The notes under the pieces were generated by a model. That model did not search any database, was not told the origin of the DNA, and saw only the letters and a list, made by a program, of their open reading frames with translations. The position numbers were made by a program, and so were the translations under genes. Shown here piece after piece: positions 10,404-18,403 of a stretch of DNA of 64,000 nt; positions within the stretch are counted from its first letter, which is position 1; each line of letters begins with the position of its first letter. Source of the stretch: a virus; IMG/VR virus record IMGVR_UViG_3300044568_004364; one strand, written 5' to 3'.

Positions 10404-12341
10404 AATTTCTTTCTCGATGAATTTACTTTTATTTATAAAATCATCAATTTCAGCATAGTAAATATTATCATTTATGTTAACACAAATCTTAGCATCTCCA
10501 GTGACACAATTCATACTCAAGCCACGAATGCTGCTACCGCTTGTGGCTGCCGCAATAATTTCGCTGTTATTACTAAAGAGTATGTTACCTTTATTTAATA
10601 CCTTACACCCAGGCTGTAGGAAGAATGGTAAGTTTTCCAACATCAGCGTAATACGTGATAACATCTCACGTGCCGTTGCACCTTTGTTTGCAAGTATACC
10701 TATCTTTTTATTTGCGTTAAAGATTGCATAATGAAGGAGCCATGCGACACTTGTAATCGAATTGTGTGACAGAATATCGTTTGTGTAAAATCGGTGATCA
10801 GTAAAATCTACCCCAAGATCATACATCTCAACCTCTTTACCACATCTCTGAACTCCAACAACTTTGGAACACCCATCTTTTGTTTGTATAACAGATCCTT
10901 CTTTTAAATCTTTAACATAGACATTATCAAATTCTTCATTAAATAAAATATGGTTATCAGCACAGCGTAGATATTTCCCGCATTCTGTTTTTACCTCCCA
11001 GATGGTATATGGTATAGTTTTATGCGATTGTTTTAAAGGTTGAAATCCGCTATCAGTTTCAACCACGAAGCCGAAGCCCTCGAAGGATTCTATGAATTTT
11101 TTAGTTGATGGCAGTTGTCGAAATGCCACCTCGACATCGCTGATGGATCTCCGATCTTTCCGCAGTGCGGACACTGTGCCTTCTTTCTTTTTCTCGCCAT
11201 GCTTTTTATATTTTCTATATGTTCCTTCGTAAACTTCCTCCCTTTGAGACGTTCTGAAAGTTTGTTCTTTGTTTCCGCTGATGTTACCTTCCCCTTTCCA
11301 GCCTTTGAGAGTTTCTTCTTCGTTTCCTCGGATGTTACCCTTCCCGTGTTCGGTGATACATAATCCGGATCCGCGTGAAGTTTCCTCAGGCCTTTTGATA
11401 TATTTTCTTTGTGTTCCTCGGATTGAGCGTATCCACGTAATGACTCTGAATTTGTTTTCCGGTTTTTCATCCTCTCCCGAAACTTTGTCTCCCCCCAAAT
11501 AGATTTTATTTTCTTGGAGATATTCTTTTTGGATTCTTCCGAATGATTTTTGTTTAGCATGCCCCTTGGATGAACCTCGTGAGTTTTTCCATAAAAGGGA
11601 TTTTTCTCTCCACTGTTTTCCTCCGATAAAACATTTATGAAGTTGGTTCGAGCATTTTCGTATAAACGTGAGGATTTTATTTTTATGCCATCTCGTGTGT
11701 GCATCATCATGTGAAGGGCATAAACCATCTTCTTCCATTCTGGGCTGCACTTTGGAAACATCTTCACTAATAAAAGATGAGCGATAAAATGCTCTCTTAA
11801 AGTTAATGTCACTAGGTTCTCTTCTAAATTGTTTCCACCACACCCTTTTGGAAAAATATGATGCCTCTCCCCAGAGTTTAACAAACAGCGCTTGCGCTTC
11901 TCCATCAGGCAAAAATAGGTCTTTGAATACTTGTTCTTTAGGCAGGTCATGTTTATATTTATAAAACAATGACTTCTGAAGCGTACTTAATGCATAAAAT
12001 ATTTCGTGAACTAGTGATATTTTTGCTCGCAACGGAGGGCCATCAAGAAACTTGATGGTAATCTCTGTTTCCCCGACACTGCATTTCCCGCTTTGGCGAC
12101 ATGCAAGGATAATGGTAAAACGATTATCCGAAAAATGTTTTACCATTTTTTCTTGATAACCGCGCAGCTTAAATGGCACTAGTCCATGATCTAAGCTAAT
12201 AACCTTTACGTACTTTTCGGCAAAGTAACCTACATCAGCCATGCAGCGACGATATTCATTAACTTCATGCGCCGTGAAACTTTGCTGTACACCATCACGC
12301 TTGATATAAATGTTTCCATTATAGGAATCTGGTGTTGTCAT
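9462..12341 (-). CDS. gp17: Terminase large subunit, N-terminal part: extein + intein 1 + extein + N-intein 2 fused to GIY-YIG endonuclease
   Basis: T4 gp17 N-terminus (YNGN, LRGYQ, RQSGK Walker A); exteins join as RQSGK|SITSVAWLLHY and SSIRGLSMN|CIFLDEF; spliced product 86+84+361 = 531 aa. Confidence 0.93.
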   Translation of the reverse strand: MTTPDSYNGNIYIKRDGVQQSFTAHEVNEYRRCMADVGYFAEKYVKVISLDHGLVPFKLRGYQEKMVKHFSDNRFTIILACRQSGKCSVGETEITIKFLDGPPLRAKISLVHEIFYALSTLQKSLFYKYKHDLPKEQVFKDLFLPDGEAQALFVKLWGEASYFSKRVWWKQFRREPSDINFKRAFYRSSFISEDVSKVQPRMEEDGLCPSHDDAHTRWHKNKILTFIRKCSNQLHKCFIGGKQWREKSLLWKNSRGSSKGHAKQKSFGRIQKEYLQENKIYLGGDKVSGEDEKPENKFRVITWIRSIRGTQRKYIKRPEETSRGSGLCITEHGKGNIRGNEEETLKGWKGEGNISGNKEQTFRTSQREEVYEGTYRKYKKHGEKKKEGTVSALRKDRRSISDVEVAFRQLPSTKKFIESFEGFGFVVETDSGFQPLKQSHKTIPYTIWEVKTECGKYLRCADNHILFNEEFDNVYVKDLKEGSVIQTKDGCSKVVGVQRCGKEVEMYDLGVDFTDHRFYTNDILSHNSITSVAWLLHYAIFNANKKIGILANKGATAREMLSRITLMLENLPFFLQPGCKVLNKGNILFSNNSEIIAAATSGSSIRGLSMNCVTGDAKICVNINDNIYYAEIDDFINKSKFIEKEIMHYTVYKITNLINNKIYVGYHATNDLNDGYMGSGKLIKRAIEKYGIANFKKEILSVFDNKADAENEERRIVNKDFTLREDTYNLSEGGNILVLHGPNNGFYGKTHSKETKEKLREAKVGKHSGTGKKIIHDDGRIFETLEDAINKLGYDEDTNNYAARIKLICDCGNSEKPIKFVDTDDQQAAVNVYMKRIQMIASLPDTRKATGKIISEKLKGVKKTKEHCNNISAGLTGIKKSKEHVDKINKNPEKIKKTAEKHRGMTRSDDCKLKMSSAKKGKSAKNKGKKYYVNPENTSERGYFNIGEQPEKWVNRTKI
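10404..10508 (-). mobile_element. Short (35-aa) N-terminal fragment of split intein 2
   Basis: Block A CVTGDAKICV...AEIDDF inserted just before the Walker B motif. Confidence 0.85.
10430..10437 (-). promoter_or_regulatory. Late promoter inside N-intein 2 for the GIY-YIG gene
   Basis: Exact TATAAATA 26 nt upstream of ATG at 10403. Confidence 0.7.
11090..11950 (-). CDS. HNH homing endonuclease (Mob-like) with NUMOD3-type repeats and C-terminal Zn ribbon, nested out of frame in intein 1
   Basis: ERHHIFPKGCGGNNLEENLVTLTLREHFIAHLLL; NPFYGKTH; HSEESKKNIS repeats; CPHCGK...RWHFDNC; late promoter 11956-11963. Confidence 0.9.
   Translation of the reverse strand: MTCLKNKYSKTYFCLMEKRKRCLLNSGERHHIFPKGCGGNNLEENLVTLTLREHFIAHLLLVKMFPKCSPEWKKMVYALHMMMHTRDGIKIKSSRLYENARTNFINVLSEENSGEKNPFYGKTHEVHPRGMLNKNHSEESKKNISKKIKSIWGETKFRERMKNRKTNSESLRGYAQSEEHKENISKGLRKLHADPDYVSPNTGRVTSEETKKKLSKAGKGKVTSAETKNKLSERLKGRKFTKEHIENIKSMARKRKKAQCPHCGKIGDPSAMSRWHFDNCHQLKNS
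11956..11963 (-). promoter_or_regulatory. Late promoter inside intein 1 for the HNH gene
   Basis: Exact TATAAATA 5 nt upstream of the HNH ATG. Confidence 0.75.
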
Positions 12342-12796
12342 TATATTTCAACTGTTTCAGTTGGAGCGCTCTGTAGCAGCTTTTGTAACTCTGAAGTAGT
12401 GCCGACAAATATTGCATTATTTGTAGTGCCGCCACCACCAGAATTGTTTGGCTTCTGCTGTGTTTCATCTTGTATAATTTTCTTACGCTCTTTCTGTAGC
12501 GTTAGGAGCTGACCGTTAATTTCAGCTGCAGTTTTAATCATACCGGCCAAGACTTCAAATGCGCGCGGATGTTCTGCATCACTTGCTAGTGCATGCATTG
12601 TACCAATTGCCTCATCACTTGTATCAATAAGTTTCTTTATGTGCGCTCTTGCGTATGCATAGTCTTCTTCAGCATCAATTACTATTTCAGCGTGTGATGG
12701 TGCAGGATCCTTACCAGATTCAATAACCATTTCCTTTTTTACTGGAGCTAGGTTTGATTGGAGCGATGCTAATATACTATCTTTATCCTTTTTCAT
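12341..12796 (-). CDS. gp16: Terminase small subunit
   Basis: DYAYAR, EHPRAFEV, NNAIFVGTTSELQKLL; upstream of gp17 with TAATG coupling; start placed at MKKDKD (uncertain). Confidence 0.9.
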   Translation of the reverse strand: MKKDKDSILASLQSNLAPVKKEMVIESGKDPAPSHAEIVIDAEEDYAYARAHIKKLIDTSDEAIGTMHALASDAEHPRAFEVLAGMIKTAAEINGQLLTLQKERKKIIQDETQQKPNNSGGGGTTNNAIFVGTTSELQKLLQSAPTETVEI

Positions 12797-12800
12797 AATC

Positions 12801-13577
12801 TTAAGGTTCGTCATCAAACCCGTAGGTTGTAACTACGGTATAATCTTCAGGTGTGTCATTCTCAGGATCACCAAGAGATACATTTACGGTGTCAACTGCA
12901 GTTGATGTTGCTGTCTTAGCACCGTCATAAAAGTTAACATCAACATATTTAATAATTTTTCCAGGTGCACTTTGTATACCTCTAAACTTTACTTTAATAT
13001 CAAAATCTAATGTATACATGATTGTGCGTCGTGTATTTGCAAAGTCACCTTCATAGTCATCTTGGAATGAAGTACCCGTCAACATAAATGGTACGTCAGT
13101 AATGCTATCAGGACCTTCAAGATCCTTTACAGCAACCGTATATTCTGGCGTAAAGTAGGGTATAATTTGTTCAAAGATTTGCAGCGCATCATCTTGATAA
13201 CGCGCCATAATATTCAACTGCATACCTATGCGATATGGCGTTGCGCTATAGACACGTGTGCGAGATTCATTATCTGCGCCGCTGCTGTATAGCGTGCTAT
13301 TAAGACGATTTAGTTTTGATGTAGAGTCATAACTTATTGATGTAATATCAAAACTCATGCGCGGCAGATTCATTGCAATGTCGCCATTCTCTTCATTAAT
13401 TTGATTTGCAAGACGTGCCAAGAATTTTTGACGAGGCCCATATGATATAGGTACACGCTGTATACCCGTCATTTTGCCGTTAACTTTTTTTGCAATACTA
13501 ATGTTATTAAAGAGTGTACCAAATACGGCAACAATCTTTTTTAGGTTTGCGTTATAATAGTAAGAATCGCTTAACAT
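12801..13577 (-). CDS. gp15: Tail sheath terminator/stabilizer
   Basis: FGTLFNNI, VPISYGPRQKFL, LPRMSFDI, QIFEQIIPYFTP, DDYEGDF. Confidence 0.93.
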   Translation of the reverse strand: MLSDSYYYNANLKKIVAVFGTLFNNISIAKKVNGKMTGIQRVPISYGPRQKFLARLANQINEENGDIAMNLPRMSFDITSISYDSTSKLNRLNSTLYSSGADNESRTRVYSATPYRIGMQLNIMARYQDDALQIFEQIIPYFTPEYTVAVKDLEGPDSITDVPFMLTGTSFQDDYEGDFANTRRTIMYTLDFDIKVKFRGIQSAPGKIIKYVDVNFYDGAKTATSTAVDTVNVSLGDPENDTPEDYTVVTTYGFDDEP

Positions 13578-13582
13578 AATAT

Positions 13583-14509
13583 TTAAATTGGTTCTCCAAA
13601 CGGATTGCTTTCGCTAAAGTCAATAAAGTTTGCGCTCTCAATCTCAAAGGAACTGTTTTGTGTTTGCAGGTCATTTTCATTTAGCACATCGTCACCGTCA
13701 AGTAGTCCGATAATCTCGTCAGCCGTTGATGTAGTGTTACTTGTTTGGCCGGTAAAGACTGTGCCCTCAACAAGAGTATGAAACTCGCCATCATCAAATG
13801 TAAGAGTACCTACACTTAATATTGTACCATCAGCGGTATGTTCATAACTTAATGCTTCTGCTTCGCCAGTGACACCAGATGGTAACTCTATAGTTAATGT
13901 TTCACCTAGTGTATGCATGTCTGTATCAAATGTTACAATTGCACGATATGTCTGACTACGACTTGTTTGTATATTATCAATTGCCGTTATACCAGTATCA
14001 ATCTTCTGTCCAGTATATTCAAATGCTTCACATGTTAGCTTAAATGTAGGATTAATACCACTGCCTCGCGCGCTTCCACCCAATGGGAATAATGGCAGCT
14101 TATCATTTACAAATTTAATTTCATATAATCCACCATAGACTGGAACATAAACAAGGTCACCTTCGCGTGGACGCACACTATTACTAGTATACCCATGACG
14201 GCCAATAAGTGCATTCCAACGTTTGCGGCTACACACCAATGTAAGTTGGGTACGAATCTCAAGGCCAAACTTAGTCATGAGATCGCCATCTCCTTCAAAG
14301 TCATCCACTGTTTCAACATACATTTCAATTGAAAAAGCTTTTTCAAATGATGAGATGATGTCTTCATTTAGGATAAAATCATGACCTAGCATTTTGCGAG
14401 GTATGTAAAATATATTATGCCCCATGATTTGCATAGACTCCACTAACAAATCTTCCAAAAGATTTTGTTCTGGCTTATATATTTGACTAAAGTAAACACT
14501 ACGTGGCAT
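13583..14509 (-). CDS. gp14: Neck protein
   Basis: EQNLLEDL, YIPR, KFGLEIR, RPREGDLVY, DFSESNPFG; late promoter 14517-14524. Confidence 0.93.
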   Translation of the reverse strand: MPRSVYFSQIYKPEQNLLEDLLVESMQIMGHNIFYIPRKMLGHDFILNEDIISSFEKAFSIEMYVETVDDFEGDGDLMTKFGLEIRTQLTLVCSRKRWNALIGRHGYTSNSVRPREGDLVYVPVYGGLYEIKFVNDKLPLFPLGGSARGSGINPTFKLTCEAFEYTGQKIDTGITAIDNIQTSRSQTYRAIVTFDTDMHTLGETLTIELPSGVTGEAEALSYEHTADGTILSVGTLTFDDGEFHTLVEGTVFTGQTSNTTSTADEIIGLLDGDDVLNENDLQTQNSSFEIESANFIDFSESNPFGEPI

Positions 14510-14533
14510 AATATATTATTTATAGGTGTGAGA

Positions 14534-15280
14534 TTAACCACAGAAAAAATCCGGCGGCATTTGATATTTGCTATCAAAGTCAGTTTCAATCTTTTCAATA
14601 TCATTTAGCGCATCATCATAAATCGCGCGCCCGTTAATGGTTATACCACCTGGGAGCGTCATACCTTCAAATTTAATAAGGTTAATACCCCATTGCCGTT
14701 TGAGTAATGCTGTCAAATATTTCTTAAGCATCATATCATTGTATATGTCGGTAAACGTGTTAGGATCAATTGTCTGATAGCCTTCAATGATAATGTATTG
14801 TCCGATTTTTACAAACTCCTTCCAATTATCTTGAATAACTAATCTATTCATATGGCGAGTAAATATAATTTGCTGAGAGTTTCCAGTAAGTATCATTTCA
14901 ATACTACTCATATATTGTTTGGTCATTTCATAATTCACCAGTGACTCAGGATTACGTAAACCATACAAGTCATTTAGGAATAGCTGATACTTAACACTAA
15001 ACATATCAGCTGCATCACCACTAGCAAGGTTAAGTACTCTAAAGACACTAATAAGTTGGTCTGGCAGCGTGATATAATTATTATTATAATCTTGCTGTGT
15101 CACGGCATGTTTTACGAAGGTGCGTACAACGGCATCACTATGATATTCTTGATAAAATTGAATAGCTTCATCAACACGATCTTCAATCTGATCTTCATCA
15201 ATATTAATTTCAAGCACGGGTGCTCCCAATGCTCTTAAGCAATATTCTACGAGTTGCTGACGTGATGTCGGTTTTGCCAT
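14534..15280 (-). CDS. gp13: Neck protein
   Basis: YCLRALGAPVLEIN, KRQWGINLIKFEGMTLPGG; late promoter 15287-15294. Confidence 0.95.
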   Translation of the reverse strand: MAKPTSRQQLVEYCLRALGAPVLEINIDEDQIEDRVDEAIQFYQEYHSDAVVRTFVKHAVTQQDYNNNYITLPDQLISVFRVLNLASGDAADMFSVKYQLFLNDLYGLRNPESLVNYEMTKQYMSSIEMILTGNSQQIIFTRHMNRLVIQDNWKEFVKIGQYIIIEGYQTIDPNTFTDIYNDMMLKKYLTALLKRQWGINLIKFEGMTLPGGITINGRAIYDDALNDIEKIETDFDSKYQMPPDFFCG

Positions 15281-15351
15281 ATATTATATTTATATCAAAC
15301 GAGAATCAATTCAAATTAATGACCAATGCAGCAACAAAGTATTGTTTACAT

Positions 15352-15672
15352 TTATGGCTTCTTGATGAATTTTTCAGGATTACGCTCAAAATGCTTTGCA
15401 ATTTTTATAATTCCACCAATAATTTCTGGCGAAATTACACCAATAATACCATATGTCATTGCTTTATATAGACTTGATATATCCGTCTGCTCTAATATAA
15501 ACCATGCAATAGCAGACGCAATAGCTGCGGACAATATATTCTTTAGCTGTTCCAAAATGGTGTATTTCTTTTTTGCTGTTAGTAAACGTGCAAGCATAGC
15601 AGCAGCACCAATGAGTGGTATGATCCATCCACCGTTAATGAATTCTCTTATTAAAGATTTTTCTGGTTCCAT
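15352..15672 (-). CDS. Putative holin (small multi-TM membrane protein)
   Basis: 106 aa, about three hydrophobic segments, basic C-terminus; late promoter 15728-15735. Confidence 0.6.
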   Translation of the reverse strand: MEPEKSLIREFINGGWIIPLIGAAAMLARLLTAKKKYTILEQLKNILSAAIASAIAWFILEQTDISSLYKAMTYGIIGVISPEIIGGIIKIAKHFERNPEKFIKKP

Positions 15673-15747
15673 TATAGCTTTGTAGTGTAGTTTTCGTCAT
15701 GCTATAATAGTGTTTCAATATAAACTATATTTATACAAAACACAGTT

Positions 15748-16419
15748 TTATGAAATATAACCTTCAGCTTTTGCATGTAGGTAAAAGATTTCTTCATGAC
15801 ATAGTCTCATCCTATGACGTTCTAATATGGCATCAAGTGATGTGTTAAAGTCATGTGTTATCTTAGAGATAACACCGTACGAGCCTGCATAATAATTGTC
15901 AACACCACGAAGGTGGCGATAATATGTTGGATATTTTAATGATAACTCTTTATCATCTAGTGTCATCTTTAGCAAGTTTTTTACGGGCGTATAACATACG
16001 TCATGCGTAAACATATCATAGCGAGTATTCACGACACGTTCATATCCCTGCTTTGGAACTGCTTTTATTAACGCAGCTTTACCGGCCCACATGCGTTTCC
16101 ATGCTATAATTGGACACCGTGAAGTAACACCAGCAATGTCTCCTTCTAATCGCCCAAGTAATTTTAATTTAGAGTCATCTTGTATGATGATCTTCTTAAT
16201 GGTACAATCCTGAAAATAATCTACAAGATGACTTTCTTCAACAGCTGTTGCTGTGCTACGATCAAGTGTGCGATAAGAACTTTTTGCTTCCGTTTCAGCC
16301 CATGTATGCAGGTATATGTCAACATCAGCATACGCGCTAAGCTGACGTATATAATTATGCAGCGCACAATTTTTAAATCCATTGCGGATATGACCGCGTA
16401 TACAAAATGCTAGTTTCAT
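15748..16419 (-). CDS. Putative glycosyltransferase-like protein (paralog 2)
   Basis: MKLAFCIRGHIR, YLHTW, NTRYD, DNYY, HEE; paralogous to 16416-17090 and adjacent to glf. Confidence 0.5.
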   Translation of the reverse strand: MKLAFCIRGHIRNGFKNCALHNYIRQLSAYADVDIYLHTWAETEAKSSYRTLDRSTATAVEESHLVDYFQDCTIKKIIIQDDSKLKLLGRLEGDIAGVTSRCPIIAWKRMWAGKAALIKAVPKQGYERVVNTRYDMFTHDVCYTPVKNLLKMTLDDKELSLKYPTYYRHLRGVDNYYAGSYGVISKITHDFNTSLDAILERHRMRLCHEEIFYLHAKAEGYIS

Positions 16420-17090
16420 GTGTAATTTTTAATGCCATGGCGACATACCATTTCTTCTTGATGCACCACATCGGAATATATTTCAGATATAGCGTCAAGA
16501 CTAGTGTGAAAGTCAGATGCTAACTGCAACATTGCATGCGAGCTGCCAACATAATAATTATCAATTCCAACCATACCACCGTTTTGACATAAAGGATAAC
16601 GAAAAGCTAAATTTTGACTTTGCTTAGTGATCTTATTTAAGATTATATTAGGAGTTATGCATATTGGATTTGTGAACATATCATAACGAGTATTTACGAC
16701 ACGATCATAATTTTCGCCTCCATTGTCATATAAGTATTTTGCAATTGCAACCTTGCCAGCCCACATGCGTTTCCAAGCTATCTTAGGACACTTACTGCCC
16801 CCGACCAAACCATCAATGTCGCCTTTTAACTTTAATCTACTGTCATCTTGAACCATAACAGTTTTAACATCATACCCATTGAAATACGCACGCAATAATT
16901 CTGGTGTTACTTTAAAGATATGCGAACGATCCAATTCACGATACGAACTCTTTGCTTCGTTTTCAGTCCATGTTTGTAAGTATAGGTCAATTGTGTGGCC
17001 TTCATTGCTCAAATAATCTAGGTAAGATTTTAGCCCGCTGTTAAATAATCCGTCACGTATATGTCCTCGTATAATAAATGCTAATTTCAT
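16416..17090 (-). CDS. Putative glycosyltransferase-like protein (paralog 1)
   Basis: MKLAFIIRGHIR, WKRMWAGK, NTRYD, DNYY, HQEE; ATGA-coupled to glf. Confidence 0.5.
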   Translation of the reverse strand: MKLAFIIRGHIRDGLFNSGLKSYLDYLSNEGHTIDLYLQTWTENEAKSSYRELDRSHIFKVTPELLRAYFNGYDVKTVMVQDDSRLKLKGDIDGLVGGSKCPKIAWKRMWAGKVAIAKYLYDNGGENYDRVVNTRYDMFTNPICITPNIILNKITKQSQNLAFRYPLCQNGGMVGIDNYYVGSSHAMLQLASDFHTSLDAISEIYSDVVHQEEMVCRHGIKNYT

Positions 17091-18085
17091 AGGTCTCGTA
17101 GCTTATTCATAACATGTTTCACTGCCATCCACATGTCTAAATATTTATATGTTGCAAGCCTACCCAGGAAAATTACATCCTTTTCAGCTTTAGCAAGAGT
17201 TTCATAACTGCGATATTTTTCTTGCCCATCACCCCATGGTATAGGATAAAAGGGTACATCGCCTGTGCCACATTCTTTAGGATATTCTTCAGTAATTACC
17301 GTAGGCCCAGCGTGCGCAGGATTAAAGTAACTATGATCATATACACGTGTATATTCCACTTCATTATTATTTTGATTCACTATAAATGTATCCTGACGCT
17401 CGCACAAGACGCGATGACGAAACTCCAGTGAACGATAAGGCAGCTCTCCGTACATATTATCATAATAAGAGTCAACCTTGCCTGTATAGATGATTAGGTC
17501 GCCATCAGCGCGTGATTGCCGCCATGCGTTCTCAGGAGAGTTAAGATGTACGTTGACACCGTCCAACATGCGAGCAAACATTGCAGAGTAGCCATCCTTT
17601 GGAACACATTGATACTTCTGTCCTTCAAACCAAGTAGGATCTTCACAATCCGCGGTCTTTGGTATACGATTTGTAATAGTCTTTGGTATCTCCTCAAACG
17701 GTACACCCCATTGCTTTTCACTATAGTCTTTAAAGATATATTCTACAATCTCTTCTTGTGTTAACTCACGACGCAATTGTTTAATTGTCTTTTGGCTATA
17801 CGGCAAAGAAATGCAGCCTAAACGAGTATTCCCTTGCGGCCGCAACTCAAACGGTGTCCATTCTGTATAACGGCTAAGAAACGAGTATACCTCTTCATCA
17901 TCTGTATGAAATATATGAGGGCCATACTGATGCACCAGTGTATTACAAATCAATCCATCAGCACAATTGCCACCAATGTGTGGACGCGTCTCAAAGACTT
18001 CAACGTTATAACCTTTCTCTTTTAATAGTACTGCTGCGGTGATACCTGAAAGTCCGCATCCTACTATTTTCACATCACATTTCAT
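17087..18085 (-). CDS. glf: UDP-galactopyranose mutase
   Basis: FAD motif IVGCGLSG, HIGGNC, HQYGPHIFHT, YSEKQWG, LPYRSL, PFYP, GRLATYKYLDM. Confidence 0.95.
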   Translation of the reverse strand: MKCDVKIVGCGLSGITAAVLLKEKGYNVEVFETRPHIGGNCADGLICNTLVHQYGPHIFHTDDEEVYSFLSRYTEWTPFELRPQGNTRLGCISLPYSQKTIKQLRRELTQEEIVEYIFKDYSEKQWGVPFEEIPKTITNRIPKTADCEDPTWFEGQKYQCVPKDGYSAMFARMLDGVNVHLNSPENAWRQSRADGDLIIYTGKVDSYYDNMYGELPYRSLEFRHRVLCERQDTFIVNQNNNEVEYTRVYDHSYFNPAHAGPTVITEEYPKECGTGDVPFYPIPWGDGQEKYRSYETLAKAEKDVIFLGRLATYKYLDMWMAVKHVMNKLRDL

Positions 18086-18126
18086 ATATTTAATTTATAC
18101 ATTTTTTTCACGATAAATAATTTACT

Positions 18127-18315
18127 ATGAGATTACAAGATAAAATATACATTAACAGTGAGTTTAAAAATATGCTATGGAATATGAACTGCGGACCTAT
18201 TGATTACATTACAATCTATCGCATTGAAGGACCAAAAGTTTTCTTTAGCGCAGGCAACGGACGGTTTCACGCCACGCCCGAAGAGATTGAGGGTTACCGC
18301 AAAGATGCACAATAA
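18127..18315 (+). CDS. Small hypothetical protein
   Basis: 62-aa ORF in an otherwise empty gap; GATAAATA late-promoter variant at 18112-18119. Confidence 0.6.
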   Translation: MRLQDKIYINSEFKNMLWNMNCGPIDYITIYRIEGPKVFFSAGNGRFHATPEEIEGYRKDAQ

Positions 18316-18331
18316 TTAATTATTGTGCATC
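18304..18331. repeat. Perfect 28-bp palindrome
   Basis: GATGCACAATAATT|AATTATTGTGCATC at the junction of convergent genes. Confidence 0.9.
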
Positions 18332-18403
18332 CGTTCATTTACGCCTAAGTGTAAATCTTTAAGCTTACAGATTAGGCTCAGCCATATCTGGTAATGGTGG
18401 CTC
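18323..18403. repeat. 81-bp exact direct repeat, copy 1
   Basis: Identical to 18995-19075; contains the 3' end EPPLPDMAEPNL* and a small hairpin ATTTACGC-CTAA-GTGTAAAT. Confidence 0.95.

Larger units (their letters stand above)
10761..12083 (-). mobile_element. Intein 1 (441 aa) in terminase Walker A motif
   Basis: Starts CSVGETEI after RQSGK; block B CADNH, block F EMYDL, ends ILSHN before Ser. Confidence 0.9.

Noticed and set aside
11090-11963. Group I intron carrying the HNH gene
   Set aside because: No room for an intron core on either side of the ORF, and the intein frame is continuously open; RT-PCR would be the definitive test.
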